Positions 19,902 to 29,486 of a stretch of DNA of 64,000 nt are shown here, one piece after another. The notes beneath the pieces are model-generated. The model did not search any database. It had not been told where the DNA came from and worked only from the letters and a program-made list of their open reading frames with translations. The position numbers and the translations under genes are program-made. Source of the stretch: a virus. Where the stretch lies: positions 1-64,000 of the IMG/VR virus record IMGVR_UViG_3300007513_000007; one strand, given 5' to 3'. The stretch's first letter is position 1, and the number at the start of each line of letters is the position of its first letter.

Positions 19902-21607
19902 CCAAGAAGGGTGATCAGCCTCCTACCGTGGGAGCCGTCTCCAATGGCGACGGGAAGAAGAAGGCCAAGTCAGGCAAGCCTCGCAAGGTCACCACCGGGT
20001 CCATGCGTATGCGTACTGCATCCATCACCACAGGTTTGGGCCACGCTGGCACGATAGAAGGCGTAGGGGGAAACTTCTACAGCCCAGAGCTTTCTACGGA
20101 CTTCCTGGAGCTTCCCCAGTCTCTCCACGAACAGTGGAACTACTACCGTTTCTTCTATCGTTCCGAGCCTTTCGTGGGTCAGGCCATTGACCTGCACACC
20201 GAACTCCCCCTCTCCAAGATTCGGATTGCCACCCCTGAAGCAAAGAACCGAGACATGGCGGTTGCCGCTACTCGATTCTGTGAGAGGTGGGCCACGCAGA
20301 TTGGATTGCTTCACCGCCTCATCGCCATCGTTCACGAGAGGAACCTCATTGGCGAGGTTTTCATCTGGTGCGAAGACGACAACCCGGAAATGCCGGATGA
20401 CATCCGAAAGGAACTGCATCGGGAACTCACCGAAGACGGTGAAGTGGTTGAGGAAGAACGTGAACGCGAGGACGCCGCTGAACGGGCGGTTGCTTGGCTT
20501 CAGAAGAACTACAAGGGCTGGACCTCGATTCGGGTACTTCCCCCCGAACAAGTTCAAATGCAGTCCTTCAACTTCACGGATGAGCGAATCTTCGAGTTGA
20601 TTCCAGACTCAAAGACCAAGGACATCATCGAGAAATCCCAGCAAGGCGATGAAAACGCCATTCGCATTGTGAAGTCCATGCCTCCAGACGTGGTGTTTGC
20701 AGTGGCCGAGGGGAGCAACATCCCCCTCAACACCGATCCTGACGCGGGGAGCTTCATCTACTACCTCGCCAACCGCAAATCAGACTACGATTTGCGCGGT
20801 CGCTCCATCCTGGAACGGTGTATGCGAGCACTGGTTTACCGGGACAAGTTGCGCCAAGCGCAAACAAGCATCGCCTCCCGTCATATGACGCCCATCCGCA
20901 TCGTTAGCGGGGAGGACTTGGACATTTCTGACGTGGAAGCCTTGCGCGAGCAGGTAGACATGGCACTCCAAGACCCCGACTACTCCATCATCGCGAACTT
21001 CGAGGTTCGCTGGGAAGAGATGGGCGCGGACCAGCGGCTTCTTGATTTGGGGACCGAGTACGACCTTACTGACCGTCAGCTTTATTCAGGGCTGGGGGTC
21101 ACCGAGGGCTTGCTGTCAGGAGAGTCCCAGTACAGCGGTGACCGAATCAATCTCGAAGTGATCAACACCCGCTACATGCTCTTGCGAGAGCAGGTCCAAG
21201 AACTCGTCCAGAACCATATCTTCAAGCCAATGTGTGCCCGCATGGGGTTTGTGGAGGAGGACGAGTTTGGAGATGAGCGCGTTATCGTTCCGGGCCTTTC
21301 GTTCACAAGGCTCGCGCTTCGCGACAACCGGGACACCTTCGATGCTCTGTACAACCTCTACCAGAAGGGCAGCCTGGACGTGGACACCATCCTCGAACTG
21401 CTCAACCTGGACCCTGTGGATGTACGGAGGAAGATCCAGCGTGACCTCTTCACGGTCAACGACCCGACCTTCAATGAGGCGATGCGCGGAATCTACGGCG
21501 ACGTGGGACGCGCCTTGGCCGAAAACTCGGATGCTGCCGAACTCATCGCCAAGAACATCGGGCTGGAGTACAGCAAGCCCGCAGAAGATGACGGCGGCAG
21601 GTACTGA
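19898..21607 (+). CDS. portal protein
   Basis: YRFFYRSEPFVGQAIDLHTELPLSK, RGRSILERCMRALVYRDKLRQAQ; 569 aa, near terL. Confidence 0.85.
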   Translation: MTKKGDQPPTVGAVSNGDGKKKAKSGKPRKVTTGSMRMRTASITTGLGHAGTIEGVGGNFYSPELSTDFLELPQSLHEQWNYYRFFYRSEPFVGQAIDLHTELPLSKIRIATPEAKNRDMAVAATRFCERWATQIGLLHRLIAIVHERNLIGEVFIWCEDDNPEMPDDIRKELHRELTEDGEVVEEEREREDAAERAVAWLQKNYKGWTSIRVLPPEQVQMQSFNFTDERIFELIPDSKTKDIIEKSQQGDENAIRIVKSMPPDVVFAVAEGSNIPLNTDPDAGSFIYYLANRKSDYDLRGRSILERCMRALVYRDKLRQAQTSIASRHMTPIRIVSGEDLDISDVEALREQVDMALQDPDYSIIANFEVRWEEMGADQRLLDLGTEYDLTDRQLYSGLGVTEGLLSGESQYSGDRINLEVINTRYMLLREQVQELVQNHIFKPMCARMGFVEEDEFGDERVIVPGLSFTRLALRDNRDTFDALYNLYQKGSLDVDTILELLNLDPVDVRRKIQRDLFTVNDPTFNEAMRGIYGDVGRALAENSDAAELIAKNIGLEYSKPAEDDGGRY

Positions 21608-21658
21608 CTCGGTAGGCACCCTATCTGTGCAGAAGCACAGCAACCTTTGGGGATCTTC

Positions 21659-22891
21659 ATGTCAGACCGTAAAGCCATGACCTACCGCCATTCGTGAGGT
21701 GAGGGTGAGAAGCGGTCGCTTCCCCACCAACATCCCCATCCCCCAGATATTGACGAGTGGAACCCCGTCCTCGAAGAGGACGCCATCGAAGACGTGGACC
21801 TCCACGCACGGGCTACGCAAGATAAACAGGCGTTTCTGGACGCGACACCTATGCAGGTAGAGGTTGCCCGAAAGCATCTCTCCCAGGTGCTTGCTGTCCT
21901 GCGTGCCCAGTACCTCTCCTACCAGACCAGCCATTGGCAGGTGATTAGTGGCAACTTCTACGGCAACCACCTGCTGTTCGAGAGGCTCTACAAGAGCGTG
22001 CAGGAACAGGTAGACCAGTTGGCAGAGAAGATGGTCGGCTATTTCGGCACGGAAGCGGTAGACCTCGCCCCCTCCATGAAGAGGATGCTGGGCTGTGTGC
22101 TTCGGTGGAACGCTTACTCGTGCCACCACAAACGAGGGATTGCTTCCGAGGCTGAACTCCAGGAAACCGTCCAGGGTGCCTATGATGCAATCACTGCATC
22201 AGGAGTGATGACCCTGGGGTTGGACGACTGGCTGATGGCTACCGCCAATCAGCACGAAGAGAACACCTACCTGCTTCAGCAGGCAGTGACTCCCCTCCCC
22301 CATGAGAAGCAAGCGGCCAGACCACCACAGGTGAGGATCCCCCGAAGCCGGAAGGATTTGATTGGCTTCTACTACGCACTGCATGACGCACTGGAGAAAG
22401 ACATCAACTTCGGTGTCGAAGACCTCCAGGCCATGAGCAACTCCGTCCTTCGCCGTGAAGTCACTCGACTCGCGCAAGGGTTGGAAGACACCCCTGGAGG
22501 AGATGAGGCTGCGGAACGTGCTTTGAAGAACGCCCCTGCGGCTTACAGGATGCTGACCCGAATGACTGGGGTCGATAAACTCGCGACGGAGCCTGCGAAG
22601 GCAGTCGCCCCTACCGCTGAAGGACACTTCTTCGACAACCCTTCACACAGGGAAGTCCAGGAGTTCGCGGACTCGGATGCCATCTCGAACATCAAAGAAG
22701 TCACTGAAGAGGCGGCCCCAGAACTGGACATCCCTGAATCAGAGGCCCTCAAAGAAACAGCGGAAGCACCCCCGACCCCCGTGGAAATCGCGGAGGAGCC
22801 GGGAGGCAAGGAACTCTCTACGCTGAATCGTCTTGAGGTGAAAGGCCACGACGCGAGGATGGCAGCGTGGGAGGCCCAGCTTCGTCGGTAG
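21659..22891 (+). CDS. Dps/ferritin-like domain protein with an acidic C-terminal extension (in-frame TGA at 21695-21697)
   Basis: QTSHWQV..GNFYGNHLLFERLY..QEQVDQLAEK ferroxidase-like signature. ATG 21659 is in frame but interrupted by TGA; the ORF track starts at GTG 21794. Confidence 0.7.
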
Positions 22892-22900
22892 AGTGCGGGA

Positions 22901-23353
22901 ATGGAAAACACAGACCCCTCCGATCTCGAACACGCCCACGTTCAAATCAAGATCACTCTCCGAAAGTCGGACAGTGCCATCCGTTCCGTGATGGTTCCTG
23001 CCACGATGGAAGATGCCCAGACCTTGGTTTCGTGGCCCTCGGGAGGCTTGCACCAGTCCTGCCATGCCCTGCTGACCGAAACGATTCGGCAGGAAGCCTT
23101 CACGATGTACCTTCACCGCATGACAAAAGGTGAGCAGCCCGAAACCATCGACCCCCAGGATCTCCAGGATGCTGTAAAGCACCACCTCATCGAGATGCTC
23201 GCGAACTACGTCGAGTCTGGGGTGGCAGATGCCAAGGTTCGTGCCGAGGCCATCCCACAGGACAAGAGGCCCCAGGTAGAGCCGCCCTCGATGCCCGAGA
23301 GCAACCCTATCGTGGACCCGGACGCTCTACACGCCCCGGAACACAAGCACTAA
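22901..23353 (+). CDS. hypothetical protein
   Basis: 150-aa ORF following the Dps-like gene. Confidence 0.6.
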   Translation: MENTDPSDLEHAHVQIKITLRKSDSAIRSVMVPATMEDAQTLVSWPSGGLHQSCHALLTETIRQEAFTMYLHRMTKGEQPETIDPQDLQDAVKHHLIEMLANYVESGVADAKVRAEAIPQDKRPQVEPPSMPESNPIVDPDALHAPEHKH

Positions 23354-23784
23354 CCAGCCTTGCGAGCCTTGTGGCGGGCGCGAGCGTTACGGTTGGAGCA
23401 ATCCCTGGAACAGTAGATGGAGTTGGCCCGACGCATGGCCGATTCGCCGTTGTGCCCTTTGTCACAGGTCGCCCACGCACACTGCAAGGACTCAACTTGC
23501 CGTTGTCTCTGCTTGGCTTCGAGGCGGGCGCGTTTTGCTTCAGCCTTGATGCGTGCTGCTTCAGCAGCCTTGCGGATTTCTTCTTCCTGGATCCGCTGCT
23601 TCTTCTTTTCCTCGAAGATCCGGTGCTGCCTCTCAAGCTCCAACTGCACCCCTGCACCGTAAATGGTCTTTCCACACATTGCACAGTGGAGGTGAACGTC
23701 CTTGGGGCCAGTGTTGAATCGAGGGTCCCTCATAAGCTCCACTCGGGCAGAGTGGCACTTGGGGCATGTTAGGGAAAAGCGCAT
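23350..23784 (-). CDS. zinc-finger/coiled-coil protein
   Basis: CPKC..CAMC, a charged helix, then CAWATC...YCSRDC; AAAGGAGG RBS before ATG 23784. Confidence 0.7.
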   Translation of the reverse strand: MRFSLTCPKCHSARVELMRDPRFNTGPKDVHLHCAMCGKTIYGAGVQLELERQHRIFEEKKKQRIQEEEIRKAAEAARIKAEAKRARLEAKQRQRQVESLQCAWATCDKGHNGESAMRRANSIYCSRDCSNRNARARHKARKAG

Positions 23785-23858
23785 CGCGCCTCCTTTCGGT
23801 TTCCCTTCTATGAGAAAGGATGGGGTGAGCCGGTATCGCTCCATGGAGAGTCTCTTCA

Positions 23859-25802
23859 ATGACCTGTAAGACCGCAAAAGCTGCTGTCCAGCCAGTTCGT
23901 CAACGTACCCAGTACACCTGCATGGCTACGTCGATGATGATGTGTCTGCAAGCCCTTGGGCACGAGGTTGATGAAGACGAGGTGAACAAGGTGATGGGCG
24001 CACGGCCTATGAAGGGTGCCGCATGGGAACACGCTTTGGCCTGTGCCCAACACTATGGATGTAGGGCGACCCTTACTGTCCCTTCGACTGTGCAGCAACT
24101 AAAGGAATGGACAGATCAAGGAATCCCCGTGATGATCGCGTGGAACCCTGAAGGTAGGGAGTGGAGCCACGCAAGCGTGGTGTTTGACGTAGACGATGAT
24201 CTGAATGTTTACGTCGCAGACCCGAACATCCCGGACCCGGACGAAACAGTACGCATCGTCCCCAAGAAGGACTTCTACAACAAGTGGTACGAAAAGTGGC
24301 CTAACTATTTGGTCCGTCGTCCCGCGATGGCAGTCTCTCGGGAGATCACCACCGACGGAAAGCAGGTGATGGCTTCAGCCAAGAAGGTTGCCTCCCTGAA
24401 ACAGACCGCTCGAATCAACTGGCAACGGCTCTCCCGAGGCAAAGGTTGGAAGTACGTCACTCCTGAACTGCTGGTTCACGTCCTCCCCGTTGAATCATGG
24501 GATCACGTCCGGGACAGAGACATCCCCGACGTGCATGAGGTTGCTGATGCAGAACTCACTGCCGACGCAATCCCCCATCTGGTTGAGAGCTACAACAAGA
24601 TGGTCAAGGAGCACGCCAAGTGGGTGCGCCAAGGATGGTGGCCAAGACCTGTGCGAGTCGAGAAGTGGGAAGTGTGGGCTTACCACCGCCCCTCCAAAAA
24701 GGGATTCCGTGGTGTGTTGGATGACGAGAGAACCGCTCTGCGAAGCACCGAGAACGCTATCCCGAAGCTCCTGGAAAGGAAGAGGCCCTCTTGGCTCAAG
24801 CCTGACAATGACGGGCCAACGAGAGCCGCCAAGAGAACCACCGAGGTCCGAAAGAAGAAGGACAAGAACGCCCCGGTAAAAGTGAAGGTGGACCGGCTGC
24901 GTAACAATCCCGCTGCTGAAGCAGCAGGCGCACGGAAACCTACACGGGGACACCGAAGAAAAGAGAGAGGGCGCAACGTGGAACGAGGACATTCAAGAAA
25001 AGACAAGCACAAGGGAAGGAGGCAAGAGCGCCAATCGGCTGCTTCTCCGTCACGGGTGGCTCTGCGCCACGTCCACAGCCGCACCCTTGATTTGAGCGGC
25101 ATGGACATGGAGGATGCCCTCGATCTTGTCATGGAAAACGTAGGCATCCCCAGATCCGACTACAGTTGGAAAAGAGGCGAAATCAAACGCCGGGTGATGG
25201 GGGATTTGGCCGCTGATGGCAGTCAACAAGCCCTGATTCGAGGCGAGATTCTGTTCTCCCGTGGTGCCTTTGTTGAGGACCGGAACATCAAGGAGTTCCT
25301 AAATCAGTTCCCTCGGGGCGAGGCCGCCCTGAAGCACCGGTTTACCCAGAGCGTCTTGACGAACAGATCAGACCTCGGACGGGACATCAGAAAGAGAATC
25401 CAGCGCAGCCCCAAACAGTTCCTTGGAACACTTTTCGATGACTACCAGGAAGCCGAAGAATACGAACCCCTTGAAGTGACTGTGGCCCCTGCGGAGTTTA
25501 GTCGGCAGGTTCGCGTCGATGCTCGATGGGGAAAACTCATATCTCCCGCCACCGTCGAAGTGAACTTTTCCGCGAAGAAGCTGCCGCCAGTTGGCGAAGG
25601 TGTGTTCAGCATAATGAGCAACACCGAACTCAACCGTTGGATTGAGGGCTGGGCCAGCTACGCACCGGAGAACTTCTACATGGACGGTGAGACGGGTATG
25701 AATAGCAACCAACTGTTCCGGCACTACCGAGAGCAGTGGCGTGGCCTGTCACCCCGTAGACAAGCAGAGAAGTACAAGTCGCTCCAGCGGTATGTACGGT
25801 AG
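23859..25802 (+). CDS. multi-domain virion-tagged protein with an N-terminal C39-like cysteine peptidase
   Basis: QRTQYTC (Cys), WSHASVV (His), VADPN (Asp); linkers SAKKVASLKQTA and ASPSRVALRH. Confidence 0.7.
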   Translation: MTCKTAKAAVQPVRQRTQYTCMATSMMMCLQALGHEVDEDEVNKVMGARPMKGAAWEHALACAQHYGCRATLTVPSTVQQLKEWTDQGIPVMIAWNPEGREWSHASVVFDVDDDLNVYVADPNIPDPDETVRIVPKKDFYNKWYEKWPNYLVRRPAMAVSREITTDGKQVMASAKKVASLKQTARINWQRLSRGKGWKYVTPELLVHVLPVESWDHVRDRDIPDVHEVADAELTADAIPHLVESYNKMVKEHAKWVRQGWWPRPVRVEKWEVWAYHRPSKKGFRGVLDDERTALRSTENAIPKLLERKRPSWLKPDNDGPTRAAKRTTEVRKKKDKNAPVKVKVDRLRNNPAAEAAGARKPTRGHRRKERGRNVERGHSRKDKHKGRRQERQSAASPSRVALRHVHSRTLDLSGMDMEDALDLVMENVGIPRSDYSWKRGEIKRRVMGDLAADGSQQALIRGEILFSRGAFVEDRNIKEFLNQFPRGEAALKHRFTQSVLTNRSDLGRDIRKRIQRSPKQFLGTLFDDYQEAEEYEPLEVTVAPAEFSRQVRVDARWGKLISPATVEVNFSAKKLPPVGEGVFSIMSNTELNRWIEGWASYAPENFYMDGETGMNSNQLFRHYREQWRGLSPRRQAEKYKSLQRYVR

Positions 25803-25846
25803 AGACCTTATCCAAGACTTATTGCAGAACCCTCGGAGCACGACCC

Positions 25847-27007
25847 ATGTCTGACAAAACCCTTCTCCTCCCGTCTGAACGGGCAGCTATGGAACGGGCT
25901 GCTGGCCCTTACAACCCGCGCCCGCCGTGGCCTAAAACTCCGGGCGGCCAGGGAAAGCCGGGAACGAAGAACGTATACAACTTGCACAACGAGTATGGGT
26001 CGGGCGTCTCAAATGATCCGGCTGCTTACATGCGCCAGTGGCGTGAAAAATGGCAAGGAAACCATAAAGACCGGGCGAACTGCCCGGATGGATTCGGTGA
26101 AACAATGGATTGCTCCTCCCACGAAACAGGTAAGTCAAAGAAGGCCAGTGCTCCCGCAGGAATGTACGGCTACACCAAGAAGACCCAGCATGACGTTGAG
26201 GCGTCCATCCGCAAGGCCCAGCGCCGAGTGGCCAAGATTGCCAAGGCTCTCTGGACACGGGATTCCCGTTCTGCTGCGTTCCTGGCTACCCATGCGAAGC
26301 GTGCAAAGAGTGCTCCTGCCCGCCTTCTCGTAGCCGCTATGGCTGACATTGGCCCCAAGGTCGCCTCCGAAGAGGGAGTGGCTCGTGTGGCCGCCTACGG
26401 CCTCTACGGACACCCCGCGAAGACTGCCCGCCTTTCCCTGACCGCTTGCTCCGAGCTTCGGGAAGAAATGGGCCGCATCGCATATGATCTGCACAGCCGC
26501 CGCAGCATGAAGCACGCCAAGATCACGGGCTTCATGGATGCTCACACGAAGGCTGCGAAGTGCAGCTACTGCCGGATGCTCCTGTCCTCGTACCCAGACA
26601 GTCCTTCCGGCAAGACTGCGGAGTTCAACGCAGACGATATTGGAAAGACGGTTCCTGGCCCGCTGGTGAATGACCCGCCTGACTCGAAGATGGACGGGCA
26701 GTTCACACAAGCAGACAACTCTCAGCTTACGAATCTTGCCGAAGGCAAGGAAGTTGCTGTGAAGTCAGCGGATGAGAACACACCGGATCTTGGACCCGAG
26801 TACAACGTCGCCAAGCCCGGTATCGAAGAAGAGATCGGCGCAGAGGTCAAAGGACCCATCTACGAAGAGGACTCCTCTACGAGTGCTGACCTCAAAGGTC
26901 AGTTCACGCAGAAGGACCTCCACGAGTTGACGGACGAGGTTGAGAGCGGCAAGCAGGCGAGCGTGGACACCACCTCCGTGCGTAGCCTGCTGGAGTGGGT
27001 GGACTGA
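25847..27007 (+). CDS. probable head/scaffold-type protein
   Basis: Segments punctuated by KKASA, KVAS, KTAE, KQAS; duplicated GQFTQ acidic repeat. Confidence 0.55.
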   Translation: MSDKTLLLPSERAAMERAAGPYNPRPPWPKTPGGQGKPGTKNVYNLHNEYGSGVSNDPAAYMRQWREKWQGNHKDRANCPDGFGETMDCSSHETGKSKKASAPAGMYGYTKKTQHDVEASIRKAQRRVAKIAKALWTRDSRSAAFLATHAKRAKSAPARLLVAAMADIGPKVASEEGVARVAAYGLYGHPAKTARLSLTACSELREEMGRIAYDLHSRRSMKHAKITGFMDAHTKAAKCSYCRMLLSSYPDSPSGKTAEFNADDIGKTVPGPLVNDPPDSKMDGQFTQADNSQLTNLAEGKEVAVKSADENTPDLGPEYNVAKPGIEEEIGAEVKGPIYEEDSSTSADLKGQFTQKDLHELTDEVESGKQASVDTTSVRSLLEWVD

Positions 27008-27008
27008 G

Positions 27009-27470
27009 ATGCGTTTGCCGGACACACGAAAATCCGAGGGGTGGTCTGACTCCGACTGGGTGGATGCCGAAAAGGCTCAGGATGAGTTGTGGGATCAAGC
27101 GCAGGAGCACATCCAAGGCTTCTACGACAAGATCAAAGAAGACATCCGCTTCGCAGAGGACGACCTCAAGCAGATCCGTGATGGCTTCGCCTGGGCTGAG
27201 ACGCGGGGCGACATCGGCAGGCTTCGGAAGCGTTTTGAGGGTTCCGTGGGCAGCAAGGCCCTCTCCAAGAAGGAGTGGGAATGGCTCGACGAGATGCTTT
27301 CTGTTCAGTCGAGGAAACTCCCCGATTCAATCTTCCGCATGAACGCCTCAGAGACAGATAAAGCCATGAGCATCACCGCATATGAGCGCGGTGCGCTCAT
27401 CAGGCTTGCTTCCACCCTCCCTGTAGGGGACGAGAAGCGTAGGGCCATCCTTTCCGGTCTGGTGCGGTAA
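27009..27470 (+). CDS. tagged protein (C-terminal LIRLAST tag)
   Basis: Ends ERGALIRLASTLPVGDEKRRAILSGLVR; ATG 1 nt after the upstream stop. Confidence 0.7.
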   Translation: MRLPDTRKSEGWSDSDWVDAEKAQDELWDQAQEHIQGFYDKIKEDIRFAEDDLKQIRDGFAWAETRGDIGRLRKRFEGSVGSKALSKKEWEWLDEMLSVQSRKLPDSIFRMNASETDKAMSITAYERGALIRLASTLPVGDEKRRAILSGLVR

Positions 27471-27530
27471 AGGCTTCAGCAACTTCAAGGTTGCCTCTCA
27501 AGCCATCCCTTTTTGAGACTGGGCTTCTGA

Positions 27531-27836
27531 CTAAGACTGGTCCGGGCGTACATTCTCTCTGCCCTCAAAGGGGCGCGTGAAGGTGTGAGCCTTCAAAGCC
27601 TCAAAGCCGTTGTCCATCAAGATGGGCACAGGGGTAAGGCTGTCCTTGGTCTTGACGAACCACTGGCACCGCCATTCCACGTCATTGTGAAGGAACTTGA
27701 ACACCATGAGGTGTGTCCCCTCTGGATCGAGTTGATTTGCGAACTCGTCCACTGGACCCTGGTTACGGTTTTCGTACCGAGAGTCAGCCATGAGGGCCAG
27801 GAAGCCCTCTGTTGTTGCCATCACCATTTCAGCCAT
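27531..27836 (-). CDS. hypothetical protein
   Basis: 101-aa ORF with a GAGGTGAG RBS. Confidence 0.65.
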   Translation of the reverse strand: MAEMVMATTEGFLALMADSRYENRNQGPVDEFANQLDPEGTHLMVFKFLHNDVEWRCQWFVKTKDSLTPVPILMDNGFEALKAHTFTRPFEGRENVRPDQS

Positions 27837-27853
27837 CGCTCACCTCTTGTAAA

Positions 27854-28189
27854 TCAAACACCCCACCCCATCGAACGGGCTTCGTCGCCACACTCGGGAC
27901 AGTGGTGAGTGTTGTTCTTGCAGACAGCATCACTGCCATCACGGAACTGCATCCAGTTGCAGTGTTGCCCAGCGGTCTTGACCTGCTGGATATGCTTGCA
28001 GTGCTTCCCGTTCCCGAACTTGTACGCGGAACAGGTACACGAATAGTCGTACTGAACGCTGTGCTGGTTCCTGTGACCGCTTTTGTTCCACGACACCGTG
28101 TAAGTGTTCCCCGTAGAACCTGGGACAGTTGTGGACCAGTTCTCGGACGTAACGCAGTGCCAGAAGTATTCAGTCGTCAGATCGGGCAT
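27854..28189 (-). CDS. SWIM zinc-finger protein
   Basis: YSCTCSAYKFGNGKHCKHI plus C-terminal CPEC; class-A promoter upstream. Confidence 0.8.
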   Translation of the reverse strand: MPDLTTEYFWHCVTSENWSTTVPGSTGNTYTVSWNKSGHRNQHSVQYDYSCTCSAYKFGNGKHCKHIQQVKTAGQHCNWMQFRDGSDAVCKNNTHHCPECGDEARSMGWGV

Positions 28190-28208
28190 TGGGGGTTCTC
28201 TCCTCCCC

Positions 28209-28242
28209 CTCTCTACGGCGAGGCGTGATTCCTGGAACCCCC
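28209..28242 (-). promoter_or_regulatory. class-A phage promoter
   Basis: GGGGGTTCC-16 nt-CGTAGAGAG on the minus strand. Confidence 0.75.
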
Positions 28243-28467
28243 TGCAACAACTCCGGTCTGCTTTCGAGAAGGGAAGCCGTTTTTGTTGTTGTAACGTGCA
28301 TAAATCCCCGAAAAACCTACACTTTTAGCTAAATCCCCGGTTGATTCCAGGCCAAATCAGGGTTGGGTCTTGCTTCCAGGAGCTTGAATCTTGGCGGGTC
28401 CAAGAGTTTTTATAGATGCCTTATCTGTCGGTAGTGGTGCTATTGGGGAGGGGAGAAGGAGAGAATC

Positions 28468-28714
28468 ATGGCTTCCCCTTGTCCCGTCCGTGTAGCGACT
28501 GCCTACAAATGGGCAGCACGCTCCTGCTTGGACCACAGCCATCACCGACAAGCAAGGACGGGTGGTGTTTACTGGCTCAAGCACACCCCGCGCAAACCCC
28601 GGACAGGTAGTGATTGCGCTGCTGATGGATATGCCCCGCTTCGTAGACTCTAAACGCTGGGACGAGGCGACCTACATGCGTGAAGAACGAGTCCGAGACT
28701 GGGCTTCCGACTAA
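28468..28714 (+). pseudogene. apparently frameshifted small tagged gene
   Basis: Starts MASPCPVRVATAYK (tag); a protein-like continuation (WTTAITDKQGRVVFTG...RVRDWASD) lies in the +1 frame, which has no upstream start of its own. Confidence 0.35.
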
Positions 28715-28720
28715 CCCGCT

Positions 28721-29149
28721 CTACTTGAGTCCCAGCTTCGCCATGCGATGAGCAGTCGTAGAGGCATCCCAATCGAACGAGAAGCCACGGCTGTCTGTCG
28801 CGACGTTCGGGGAAACATCACAGTCGGACCCCATCCAGGTAGCGATCTGCTTGATCTGTTCCTGTGAAATGGTGGGAACACGATCCTCCACAACCTTCAT
28901 ATGGGCCGGGTTACAGCAAACCTTGGTCATGCAGGTCTGCACAAGGGAGCTATCAGAGGGGACTGTCCCCCGCGAAATAACGTACATAGCCTTGTGTGCG
29001 GCGAGTGTTTCGCCTTTGCCGTTGGGAGAGTATTCCCCATAGCCTTCAGGCCCCAGCTTTCCTTCCCAGTTCCAACAGCCACTCTCATCGTGACCAATCG
29101 AACCCAAGATGGCTTTCGCGTGTTCCAGGCCCAAATCTGCATACCTCAT
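28721..29149 (-). CDS. degenerate HNH endonuclease-like protein
   Basis: CWNWEG...GYGEY...AHKAMY...LVQTC...CCNPAHM; the catalytic His position reads Q. Confidence 0.7.
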   Translation of the reverse strand: MRYADLGLEHAKAILGSIGHDESGCWNWEGKLGPEGYGEYSPNGKGETLAAHKAMYVISRGTVPSDSSLVQTCMTKVCCNPAHMKVVEDRVPTISQEQIKQIATWMGSDCDVSPNVATDSRGFSFDWDASTTAHRMAKLGLK

Positions 29150-29486
29150 ACTTCACCTCGCTTTGATGTTCTACCTATACCCCTATATCGACAAGATAAT
29201 CCCCCTCTTTAGGGAGTCACCACAAAAAACGCGGAGATAATCGAGCTTCTCGGGGTTCCGAAGAGCGATTTTCCCCCGTAAAGAGGACAGGGAGGCCGTA
29301 TAGCCGGAAGACCCATGATCATCAAGACCAACTGCCAAAAGTGCGGAAAGAAGAAAGCCATCAAGAACAAGGTGGTGTTCATTCCGGGCGACTGCATCAT
29401 CACCACCGTAGGGAAGGGATGCCATAAGTGCGGCTGGAAGCCCGGTGATTGATTCTCTATAGGGGGTGAGCCATAGGAGTACGATC

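Noticed and set aside
21695-21697. Genome-wide TGA recoding
   Set aside because: TGA ends many genes with ATGA/TGATG overlaps (e.g. 10091, 16720, 19901, 30669, 50208), so the standard code applies
13119-27470. Major capsid protein in the head module
   Set aside because: No ORF showed an HK97-fold-like size and pattern; it is probably outside the window
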